46,833 nucleotides of DNA from Escherichia phage vB_EcoS Sa179lw, in the sequence record NC_054637.1. One strand, 5' to 3'. Below are positions 10,256-22,905 of the stretch, one piece after another (position 1 is the stretch's first letter; every line of letters begins with the position of its first letter). The translations under genes and the position numbers were made by a program. The notes below the pieces were generated by a model. The model searched no databases. It was not told where the DNA came from and saw nothing but the letters and a program-made list of their open reading frames with translations.

Positions 10256-10972
10256 ATGGCTATTTGTGCAAATGATAAAGGAGTTCTGGTCGGTCGCATG
10301 ACCAGACTGTTCCTTGCTGAAGGGTGCGGTGACGCAGTTCCGGAGGCAGGAGACTGGAAGTATTTAGGTTCAACCACCAGTAAAGGAGTTGACTACTCGC
10401 CGCAGACCACTACGTCGGAAGCGGATACCGCTGGCGGCTTTGTTTCCACTCTCGTTACCAGCTCTGATATGACCATCAGCGCAGAGGTGGAAATCCGCAA
10501 GAATGACCCGAGCGATGAGTTTGGATTCCATCGTCTTGTTGAGATTTACGCCACTGAACTGAAAGCGCGTCGCCAGCCCTCTCTGTGGGTGCGTCAGGTT
10601 ACTGGTGCAACTATCGTTACCGCGTACTGCAACATTACCAGCATCAGCTACGAAGGTGGCACGAACGACATCGTCACTGGCAGCCTTGAGTTCAAGGTTT
10701 ACGATTCTGACAGCGTTACCGTCGAAAGCCTTGAACCTCTGGCATTCACTACCGACCTGCAATCAACTGGTAGCACTGGCAGCCCGTTAACTGTTGCTGT
10801 TGAAGGTGGCGTTGCTCCTTACACTTATGTATGGCGCAAAGATGGTGTGGTTGTTGGTAGTGAGTCTGGCGCTTCACTGGCAAGCCCAACCGCTGGCGTG
10901 TATACAGTTACCGTTACCGACTCATCTACTGACCCTGAAATTATTATCAGTACGGCCTGCACAGTATCCTGA
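10256..10972 (+). CDS. Major tail protein with C-terminal Ig-like domain, 238 aa
   Basis: Position upstream of tail assembly and tape measure genes; C-terminal segment VAPYTYVWRKDG...GVYTVTVTDS is Ig-like. Confidence 0.6.
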   Translation: MAICANDKGVLVGRMTRLFLAEGCGDAVPEAGDWKYLGSTTSKGVDYSPQTTTSEADTAGGFVSTLVTSSDMTISAEVEIRKNDPSDEFGFHRLVEIYATELKARRQPSLWVRQVTGATIVTAYCNITSISYEGGTNDIVTGSLEFKVYDSDSVTVESLEPLAFTTDLQSTGSTGSPLTVAVEGGVAPYTYVWRKDGVVVGSESGASLASPTAGVYTVTVTDSSTDPEIIISTACTVS

Positions 10973-10975
10973 TAA

Positions 10976-11008
10976 AGAAAAAGCCCCGAAAGGGGCTTTG
11001 TTTATTCT
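10976..11008. terminator. Bidirectional terminator
   Basis: Hairpin AAAGCCCCGAAAGGGGCTTT followed by GTTTATT. Confidence 0.7.
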
Positions 11009-11199
11009 TGTGGAGGTCCCGGTAGCGGCATCCAGTGGTCGAAGGTGGTCTGTGCTAATTCATCATATTCGTTGTACCAGTCACTCCATGACTCCCCATC
11101 CCAACAAAAAACATTTTTCTGCACTACCTCATTCACGCATACCAAAACAGCGACGTTCGTAGGAGGCATCATCTCACTACACTTAATCCACTGGCTCAT
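11002..11199 (-). CDS. DUF551-like small protein, 65 aa
   Basis: W-rich translation ending DHWMPLPGPP, as recalled for DUF551 phage proteins. Confidence 0.55.
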   Translation of the reverse strand: MSQWIKCSEMMPPTNVAVLVCVNEVVQKNVFCWDGESWSDWYNEYDELAQTTFDHWMPLPGPPQE

Positions 11200-11486
11200 A
11201 ATCCTTCCTCATTCATCTTCAGGAAAACAATCATGGCGGCGCGTAGTGGGTTTCTGTCTTCAGTGGTGAACTTTGAAGCCACGCCAAATGCCGTTGGCCA
11301 AGCCTGTGGGATGGTGTATTGATATGGCACGACTGCGATATGGTTTTCAACAATAATAGGCCATGCATCAGCTGGGTTGCTGCAGTAGTCTTTTGCCTTA
11401 AATGAATTCAATCCTGAAATTTGCATAATCTCTGCGTGCACACGGCAGTTAATTTCAAAATCACTCATCTCTTCATAATTTTTCAT
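11196..11486 (-). CDS. Hypothetical protein, 96 aa
   Basis: ORF track; overlapping start/stop. Confidence 0.45.
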   Translation of the reverse strand: MKNYEEMSDFEINCRVHAEIMQISGLNSFKAKDYCSNPADAWPIIVENHIAVVPYQYTIPQAWPTAFGVASKFTTEDRNPLRAAMIVFLKMNEEGL

Positions 11487-11626
11487 ATCACCTTATCCTC
11501 ATCAAAAATCACACCAATCACACGAAGCAAGTCTTTCGCCATGCGCTCAGCCTCTTCGTAATCGTAACCTGCATCAACATACAGCTCTGTGTAGAAAATC
11601 AGGTCTGATTTTGTTTGTTCGTTCAT
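11483..11626 (-). CDS. Hypothetical acidic protein, 47 aa
   Basis: Manual translation MNEQTKSDLIFYTELYVDAGYDYEEAERMAKDLL...; coupled to neighbours. Confidence 0.3.
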   Translation of the reverse strand: MNEQTKSDLIFYTELYVDAGYDYEEAERMAKDLLRVIGVIFDEDKVI

Positions 11627-11829
11627 TTCTTGTCGCCACTGTTAACTAATGCCCAAACAAGTGCTGCAACCCAACCAATAAAGCTCCATCCGACAAGAAT
11701 ATTCAGCACACAGATTGCGGTAGTATTTGTATGCTTTCTTTGCAATGCCACAAATGATGGGAGAAGATAAGCAAATATCACCAATCCAGCGAAAAACAAC
11801 AAAATAACAACGTCCATAGCTAACCTCAA
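11623..11829 (-). CDS. Small membrane protein, 68 aa, two hydrophobic segments
   Basis: Translation VVILLFFAGLVIFAYLL and ILVGWSFIGWVAALVWALV. Confidence 0.5.
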   Translation of the reverse strand: MRLAMDVVILLFFAGLVIFAYLLPSFVALQRKHTNTTAICVLNILVGWSFIGWVAALVWALVNSGDKK

Positions 11830-11849
11830 CTGTTAATAACTTGTTTATA

Positions 11850-12143
11850 TTACATGCCATTCTTTTCGCACAAAGCAACAGATACATCACGCAATTGCTC
11901 TTTGGTCATATCATTGCGTGCATAAACCATTTCTACGATAGCAAGGCCGATTATTTCTGCTGATTCGTTGTTTTTTGTGGAACCCTTAACTACCACCTCG
12001 GCAAGATTCTTGCTGATACCGTTATCTCGAGCATCGGCAGTGTTCATGGCGACTTCTCCGATGCTTTTACAAACCTCAGAGGTTGCACTCACCGCAAAGG
12101 AGGAAGCAAACAGCACTGATGCAATCAACATTTTAATTTTCAT
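11850..12143 (-). CDS. Secreted or periplasmic protein with N-terminal signal peptide, 97 aa
   Basis: MKIKMLIASVLFASSFAVSA signal-like N-terminus; RBS GAGGTGAG. Confidence 0.55.
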   Translation of the reverse strand: MKIKMLIASVLFASSFAVSATSEVCKSIGEVAMNTADARDNGISKNLAEVVVKGSTKNNESAEIIGLAIVEMVYARNDMTKEQLRDVSVALCEKNGM

Positions 12144-12183
12144 AACTCACCTCATTTATTCATCACTCGTTTCGATGACTTTA

Positions 12184-12234
12184 ATCTACATCACCACCTC
12201 ACAGGTGTCAACACCACCGAGATGATATAATCAA
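12184..12234 (+). promoter_or_regulatory. Candidate late promoter for the tail assembly / tape measure operon; same architecture as 10175-10222
   Basis: AATCTACATCACC ... TGTCAACACC ... TGATATAAT at 12223-12231. Confidence 0.5.
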
Positions 12235-12251
12235 CATCAGTCAAATTCAGG

Positions 12252-12968
12252 ATGCAAAACATGAGCAATCGCACGCCACTAACAGAAATCGGAGAGATGC
12301 GCATCTCGCTTTCTGACAGGAGTTTTTTCTTTAAGCCATCATTCCGCGCCATGAATGAAATCGGCACACCAAAAGAAATCGTAGAGGTGTACGCAAGACT
12401 CAATGGCATTGATTATGTTGCGCCATTGCAGCACGTCGAATACCTGCCATTTGGCGCTCAGATGCAGGTTATGAAGACCATTAGCAAGCCTGTGTATGGT
12501 CGACACGTGCTGAGTGCCGCCTATATCGTCATGCAGTCATGCTGTGAAGATGATATTTCTGTGCTGATTGGTGGATGGAAGCCAACGCCGCGCGGCGTGC
12601 GATACGTTCCCGGCATCATGCCAGTGAGCGACATTATTATTATTGCGCGCAACCTGATGCAGCATGGCATCATCGGCAAATCACCACTCAAAGTTCCTGA
12701 ACGTCTGGAAGAGCAGGGCAAGAAAACCACAAACGAATTTCATGCGTCACAGTACATTATCTCAGCGCGCACGCATTTCGACATGACGCGTGATGAGGCT
12801 GAAAACCTGTCCATGACAGAGTTTCAGATGATGATCAAGAATAAATATCCGGAGCCGAAGGGGCTGACAAAAGAAGAGCGCGCGGCAGAGTACGATCAGG
12901 CTAAGGCAGACCGTGAGCGCATGAAGGCACTGGCTGAACGCAAAGCGAAAAAAGCGAGGAATATATAA
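12252..12968 (+). CDS. Putative tail assembly chaperone, 238 aa
   Basis: Immediately upstream of, and coupled (TAATG) to, the tape measure gene. Confidence 0.45.
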   Translation: MQNMSNRTPLTEIGEMRISLSDRSFFFKPSFRAMNEIGTPKEIVEVYARLNGIDYVAPLQHVEYLPFGAQMQVMKTISKPVYGRHVLSAAYIVMQSCCEDDISVLIGGWKPTPRGVRYVPGIMPVSDIIIIARNLMQHGIIGKSPLKVPERLEEQGKKTTNEFHASQYIISARTHFDMTRDEAENLSMTEFQMMIKNKYPEPKGLTKEERAAEYDQAKADRERMKALAERKAKKARNI

Positions 12969-15909
12969 TGGCTGAAGAAGTCGGCGGAATTGTTTATGAA
13001 GTCGGGATGGATGTATCCGGGCTTAAAGCTGGCGCAAGCTCAGCGGAATCAGAATTATCAAAATTTGACTCCGCTGTAAGTGGCTCCACGAAGAATTTAA
13101 ATAAACTTGACGGGCAAGCGGATTCGACTGGGAAGGAGTTTTCCTCTCTGATCTCCGTAGTTAAAAGCATTGATGCCACACTGAGTAAAATGGCTACCTC
13201 AAGCGATGGTGCATCAAGCGCAGTCAAAGCCACTTCGCAATCTGCTGAGTCAGCAAATCAGGTTATTGATGCATTAAATCAGCAACTGGCAATGATGCAG
13301 CAACAACAGCAACAAGCTGCTGTATCAACCGGAAGGCTGGAAACATCAATTAACGCCGTAACAACCGCAATTCGCGAACTTGGAACGTCAACTGGTGGTG
13401 CTGGAGCAAGTATATCTGGCACAGAAAGACTGATTGAAAGCCTCGGAAATCAGGTCGCTATTCTTGAAGAACAAATGGAGAACGGAGCGAGGAGTGCGGC
13501 AATTCTTGCGGCACAACTACGTGCTGGTGATGGTGCCACGGATGCACAAAAGGCTAAGATTGCTGAACTGACTGGTCGCCTGTATGACATGAAGAATGGC
13601 ACAGAGTCGGCTGGCAAATCCACAAATGGATTCAGGAATGCGCTACAACAGGGAGGCTATCAGGTTCAGGACTTTATTGTTCAGGTTCAGGGTGGTCAGT
13701 CTGCTCTTGTTGCATTCAGTCAGCAGGGTTCTCAACTCGCCTCTGTATTCAGTCCGGTAGCTGGCGCAGTATTGACAATAGCGACAGTTATTGCTGGTTC
13801 TCTGTTGGCATCGCTGAGCAATGGAAAGAATGCCATTGATGCAATGAAGGATGCCATTTCTGCAATGGATCAGGTTATCAGTGTTTCCAGTAATGGCGTG
13901 GCAGCATACTCAGATAAGTTTGCAGCACTAGCAAAAGCCAACACAACTGTTGCAACGCTGATGCGCCAGCAGGCGCAACTTGAACTATCCGCTGCACTAT
14001 CTAAAGCATCAAAGGAAGTATCAAAAGCATCCGGTGAGTTCGTCACCTTTGGTGACAGACTTTTCGCATCTTTTGCTGGTGCAAACGTCAGCGTTAAATC
14101 ATTCAACGATTACCTCTCAATGCTGAATATCACCACCAATGATTTTAGCGAGGCAATGAAGCAGGCTGCATCTGCCGGACTTGCCGGGCAATCTACGATG
14201 AATAACATGATTGCTACGGTTGGCGCTCTGGCAAGTCGCTTTGACCTGACAGACCAGCAGGCATTTGAGTTTGCCAAGCAGCTTTCAGAGATTGCGAAAA
14301 ATCCGAGCAATGAAAAACTTAATGAGTTAATTGTTACTCTGCAAAAGGTAGGTGAAGGCCAGTCATCTGGCGCTCAAAAAGCCAGAGAGTATGCCGCTCG
14401 TTTGCTGGAAATTGCAACCACAACAACTGACGCAACAATGCGTCTGAAAGCCCTTAAGGAAATGACAGATAACCTGACATCAAGTCAGGACAGGGCATTG
14501 CAAACTGCTCGCCAGACATTATTTATTGAGAAGCAAACTGGCGATGAAAAACTAAAAGCTCAGGCGTGGCGTGATGCGGAGGCGCAGGGGTTAAAGCAGA
14601 ACACTGCCGCTTTCCGCGAATACTACAATGTGCGCCTTGAAACCTACCGCCAACAGGAAAGGAATGCGCAGGCAGCAAAAGATGAGCGCAATGCAAATAA
14701 CCAGCTTAAGACAGAGTTAAAGCAACAAGAAACAATCCAGCAAAAATTAAATAAACTTCGCGATGAGGCTTTGCTCGCTGGTCAGGCAGAATCAACAAAA
14801 GAACTCTCCCGTGAACAAGCTATTCTTAATGCTCAGCAGTCGCTTGGCAAGGCGGCTACTCAGGAGCAGATAAAGCTGGCTGGAGAATACGCCGCTAAGA
14901 TTTGGGACCAGAAGAATGCGTTGAAGGAGCAGGCAGCAGCGGAGAAGGAAAGGCAGCGTGTAGAAAAATCATATCAGGGACTACGCGCCATTGCGTCGCC
15001 AACATCTGGCATTGATAGCGAATACCAGCAGCGTATGGCTGACCTTGATGCTTATGCTGCTGCGTACCCGCAGAAAATTACGGAGATTGAACAGACTCGC
15101 GCATCGATTGAAGCACAATACCGCCAGCAGAGAATGGATGCTATGTGGGATGAATGGCAGCAGCAAAGCCTCGGGGCGCAACTGTTCGGCACAGCACTGG
15201 ATTCTGCGATGAGCACAGCATCAAACAGTATTACCGGATTACTGACAGGCACAATGAGCGTTCAGGATGCCATGCGTAGTCTCGGCTCTACGGTGCTTAA
15301 CTCACTGGTAAACAGCTTCGTCGAGATGGGCGTGCAGTGGGTGAAATCTGCGGTAATGGGGCAGACAGCACAGGTTGCAGCGACTGCTACCACAACGGCG
15401 GCGCAAACAGCGGGATTGGCAACTACCACAGCAGCCTCCACTGCGGCGGCAGCCACCACCACGGCGGCATGGACCCCCGCTGCAATCGTTGCGTCAATCG
15501 GTTCATTTGGTGGGGCGGCTGCAATTGGTGTAGGTGCTGTCCTTGGGGCGCTGGCGATGGGTATTGCTGGTAAGCGCAAGAATGGCGGTCCTGTTAGCGC
15601 TGGAAGTATGTATGAAGTGGGTGAAAATGGCTTACCTGAGATATTCCAGGCATCCAACGGTCGCCAGTACATGATTCCAGGAAATGATGGGTCCGTTATT
15701 AGCAACAAAGACCTTACCGGAGGTGATGGAGGAGTTGTGGTTTATAATAACGTTATCAACAACAGCTCTGCTCAGGTTAGTAGCAGCGCCAGAGATAACG
15801 GTGATGGCAGCGTGACAATTGAGACTATAGTTAGTGACATCGAGAACAACGGCCCTATAGGGCAAAGCATTAGCCGCAACTACTCAGCAAACCGGAGAGC
15901 AACAGAATA

Positions 15910-15910
<1 letters not shown>
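12968..15910 (+). CDS. Tail tape measure protein, 980 aa
   Basis: Length; coiled-coil-like Q/A/E/K-rich regions; Ala/Thr-rich hydrophobic C-terminal segment; position. Confidence 0.85.
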
Positions 15911-19711
<3,801 letters not shown>

Positions 19712-19750
19712 TACAATATACATCAAATTCACAAAGGAGCATTTATTATA

Positions 19751-22297
19751 ATGGCTACCACACCAACTAATAAACCAATTCCGTCAGAAGACCCGCGCGA
19801 CCTCAAGTTTAACGCCGGGAAGATTGATGAGGTAGTGACATCTGATGCGCATTACTATACAGATCGCTTTGGCGTGCGCAGATTTACTATCGAAGGATTT
19901 CAGCACACCGCAGAAGAGGCTATACGCAACTATGGCTATATTACGATGTACAGCTTTGAAGATGGTGCGACACTGACGCTTCCTAATCAGGTGCTGCGCT
20001 ATGAGGCTACTGGCGAATATTATCGTTTTGATGGCGACCTACCAAAAACAGTGCCAGCGGGTTCAACTCCTGAAACTTCTGGTGGAATTGGTTTAGGTAA
20101 GTGGATTAGCGTTGGTGATGCTTCACTGAGGTCCGAATTAAATGGTCAGAACGGTATAAGGATAATTTCTGGTTCTGAAATTATTGTCGATAAATTTAGC
20201 GACGCTCTGCTTCTTTCTGGAGTGAAATCAAAGGTTGTTAGAACGCTATCGCACCATGATGGTAATCATGGTGGTGCGTCATATAAAAGAACAGGAAACA
20301 CAGGAACACCATCAACAGGTTCTGTAGAGTTATTTTATGACGCAGAAGGTAATGAGTGGTCGCTTTCAGTTGATTACATTGATTACTATATGTTTGGTGC
20401 TGAACTTAATGGTACTACCGATGATACACTATCGATAGTTGCAGCGCATACTTACGCAAACACCAATAAAATTCCTATTGTGCAGAATGGTGGTAACGCT
20501 TTCGTCACCCCAAACGACTCCTCCAGGCAGATTGCATTTAACACTGATGCCACATTTACCGGTGGGTTTAAGTTCATCTCAAACTCAATCACTGGCCGGG
20601 GTTTTGTCGTACGTTCTATCGCCGATGAGGTAACTCTCTCACAGAGTGACGTTGTTATTTCTGAATTCGTAGCAACACGGATGAAGATTCCAAGTCTGTC
20701 CGGTTACGAAAACTGTTACGCAGCTATTCAGTCTACGGAAACCGACCTAAATCGTAAACGTGACACCGGCCCGGCATTGCAACTTAAACGTCAACCGGTA
20801 GTAATTGGCAAGGATGGAACTCTTGATGCACCACTGTGGGCGACTTTCAACTCAATATCTGCGATTAAAATTCAAAGTATCCTTCTACCAACCATAACCA
20901 TTGATGGTTTCCGGTTACGGTCTGAGGGTACGTTAACCAATGCCAACCCCTTCGGCGTTCAAAGGAACAACGTTGTCATAAAAAATTTCTACTATGAGAA
21001 AGGCACGACATCGGCAACAATACCGGTTCAATCCCTACTCAGTGTAGAATTCTGCTATAACGTAACCATAGATGGCATCTCATGCGACCCGTTGAGTGTC
21101 GGTATCGTTGATTACAACTACGTTATAAACACATGGACAAGTTCTAAAATTTCCATCAGAAATATGACATCTTTTGATGGCTGGGCGCAGCTTGACGGCA
21201 ACTATTGCCGAAATGTTTCTATTAGTGATTCTGTAATCGACCGTGTCGGCTCTCACTTTAGGTGCTACGACTACACTTTCAAAAACCTCACAGCACGAAG
21301 GGGGCGCTGCATCGCTGTTTCCGGAGGAGGATTACTCCATGTGGAAAACATCAAGGTTTATGCGGAATCATCCACGGTATCCGATGAACAGTACACTGTT
21401 GTAACCATTCGAGGTGACTACGGTGCTGAGTGGGACGGCGCTGTCGTAGTTAAGAATGTTATTTTCGACTTCAGTAACTTCTACTCATCGTCTACTGGCA
21501 TAACGGCATCTATAGTGTCGGCGTTTATCGATTCCACCGTGGGTGCACACGATTTTATGCGTACAGTCGTTATGCCCAAGAGCATATCTATTAAAGATTG
21601 CACTTTCATCATAAACACCATGCCTGGAAGTTATCTTCGTGCATTAGGGGTTGGTTGTACTTCTGCAATAGTCTCTAGTGTTATTTACCCAAGTAATATA
21701 GATGTAGAAAACATAACGTGTGATAACAGTTCTGGTACAAATAAATTTAAGGTCCGCGGGGTGGAATGGAACACTTTACAGCGTTCTGAGATACGTCGAC
21801 ATGACGTGAACATCCGCGTTAAAGGTGTTGTAAATATAGACCCGGCGACCTACGGAGAGACCATACTTGATGACACTACCAGCACAAATACCATCCTTAC
21901 TACCGGAACAAACACCAGAATCTATATGACTGTTCGTGATTGCCCGTGGCAGAGCTTACGCACGGAAGGTAACTATATCCGCACAAAAGTTTATGGTGGG
22001 AGCATTACTTACTTCACAGGCACGGCAGGTACATCAAACCGTATATCTTTTTATGGAACTGAGTTCAACGGAACAAGGTTTCGCGGTGCGATAAAGGTTA
22101 CTATCCAGGACTGTATTTTCAACAATTATGTTGATTACACATCCGCATCTGTTCCCATAGGGAACGGACAGAGTGTTGATACCAACACGACTTTTATCAT
22201 TGGGACTGCTACAGAGTTCGGAGCTACCATAACTGGCACTGCTGTTACGGCCTCAACAGCAAAAACGGGATACTCGCAATCTGGTTACTATCAATAA
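19751..22297 (+). CDS. Tailspike / tail fiber (receptor-binding protein), 848 aa
   Basis: Last large structural ORF; S/T/N/G/V-rich repetitive body consistent with a beta-helix; strong terminator downstream. Confidence 0.6.
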   Translation: MATTPTNKPIPSEDPRDLKFNAGKIDEVVTSDAHYYTDRFGVRRFTIEGFQHTAEEAIRNYGYITMYSFEDGATLTLPNQVLRYEATGEYYRFDGDLPKTVPAGSTPETSGGIGLGKWISVGDASLRSELNGQNGIRIISGSEIIVDKFSDALLLSGVKSKVVRTLSHHDGNHGGASYKRTGNTGTPSTGSVELFYDAEGNEWSLSVDYIDYYMFGAELNGTTDDTLSIVAAHTYANTNKIPIVQNGGNAFVTPNDSSRQIAFNTDATFTGGFKFISNSITGRGFVVRSIADEVTLSQSDVVISEFVATRMKIPSLSGYENCYAAIQSTETDLNRKRDTGPALQLKRQPVVIGKDGTLDAPLWATFNSISAIKIQSILLPTITIDGFRLRSEGTLTNANPFGVQRNNVVIKNFYYEKGTTSATIPVQSLLSVEFCYNVTIDGISCDPLSVGIVDYNYVINTWTSSKISIRNMTSFDGWAQLDGNYCRNVSISDSVIDRVGSHFRCYDYTFKNLTARRGRCIAVSGGGLLHVENIKVYAESSTVSDEQYTVVTIRGDYGAEWDGAVVVKNVIFDFSNFYSSSTGITASIVSAFIDSTVGAHDFMRTVVMPKSISIKDCTFIINTMPGSYLRALGVGCTSAIVSSVIYPSNIDVENITCDNSSGTNKFKVRGVEWNTLQRSEIRRHDVNIRVKGVVNIDPATYGETILDDTTSTNTILTTGTNTRIYMTVRDCPWQSLRTEGNYIRTKVYGGSITYFTGTAGTSNRISFYGTEFNGTRFRGAIKVTIQDCIFNNYVDYTSASVPIGNGQSVDTNTTFIIGTATEFGATITGTAVTASTAKTGYSQSGYYQ

Positions 22298-22299
22298 AA

Positions 22300-22330
22300 C
22301 TAACCCCGCTCCGGCGGGGTTAGTTTTTAT
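22300..22330. terminator. Bidirectional terminator between tailspike and the replication operon
   Basis: Hairpin AACCCCGCTCCGGCGGGGTT followed by AGTTTTT. Confidence 0.7.
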
Positions 22331-22332
22331 CA

Positions 22333-22449
22333 TCAAAACGGAATGTCGTCATCGAAGTCCATTGGAGGCTCATTTCCTCCTTGTGGGCTTTGTTGTTTTG
22401 GTAGCTGTTGCTGTCGTTGCGGTTGTTGTCCTGATTGCTGGCGTGGTTG
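22333..22449 (-). pseudogene. SSB C-terminal tail remnant (Q-rich linker plus GNEPPMDFDDDIPF), in frame directly after the VRR-NUC stop codon
   Basis: Manual minus-strand translation QPRQQSGQQPQRQQQLPKQQSPQGGNEPPMDFDDDIPF; no start codon; upstream TAA at 22450-22452 is the VRR-NUC stop. Confidence 0.5.
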
Positions 22450-22905
22450 TTAAAAACCATCAAATATCAATGGCTCTGATGGTTTTTTATATTTTGGGTA
22501 ATTCATTGCTCTCCAGTCGTTAAATGCCATCATTGCAGCTTCCCAACCAAGGCATACACACGCGAAGGAACCTAATTCTTTTGCCGCCTTTAGGTATGCC
22601 ATTTGACCGGGCTGCCATTTTGATAAAGTATGATCCATTCTTTTCATCTCCATAACGAATGATTGCTTTCCGCTAATAATGATGTCTGACGCCCCGAAGT
22701 TTAGCGCGCCTTTTTTCTTCAGGTTTTCAACTTCATACCCTTTACGCTTTCCTTCATTTGGTACATGAATCATAACTCTTGCAAAGTCAGGGTATAGCTT
22801 CCTTATCTGATTAACAAAAGTCTCCAGTTCAGCGTCTTCTGACGGGCACTTTTTGTTTCTGTAATCTAAATTTCCATATACCTTAACGCCTTCTGGAAAA
22901 ATCAT
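22450..22905 (-). CDS. VRR-NUC domain nuclease, about 151 aa
   Basis: Motifs PNEGKRKG ... GASDIIISGKQSFVMEMKR; ATG at 22905 overlaps the helicase stop (ATGA). Confidence 0.7.
   Translation of the reverse strand: MIFPEGVKVYGNLDYRNKKCPSEDAELETFVNQIRKLYPDFARVMIHVPNEGKRKGYEVENLKKKGALNFGASDIIISGKQSFVMEMKRMDHTLSKWQPGQMAYLKAAKELGSFACVCLGWEAAMMAFNDWRAMNYPKYKKPSEPLIFDGF

Noticed and set aside
9775-10301. ORF-track candidates 9775-10068 and 10038-10301 in the gap before the major tail gene
   Set aside because: Cys-rich or low-complexity translations, no ribosome-binding sites, overlap the inverted repeat and promoter; treated as non-coding
15262-15708. 148-aa minus-strand ORF inside the tape measure gene
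   Set aside because: Antisense to a well-supported large gene; Ala/Pro-rich translation is an artefact of the Ala/Thr-rich coding repeat
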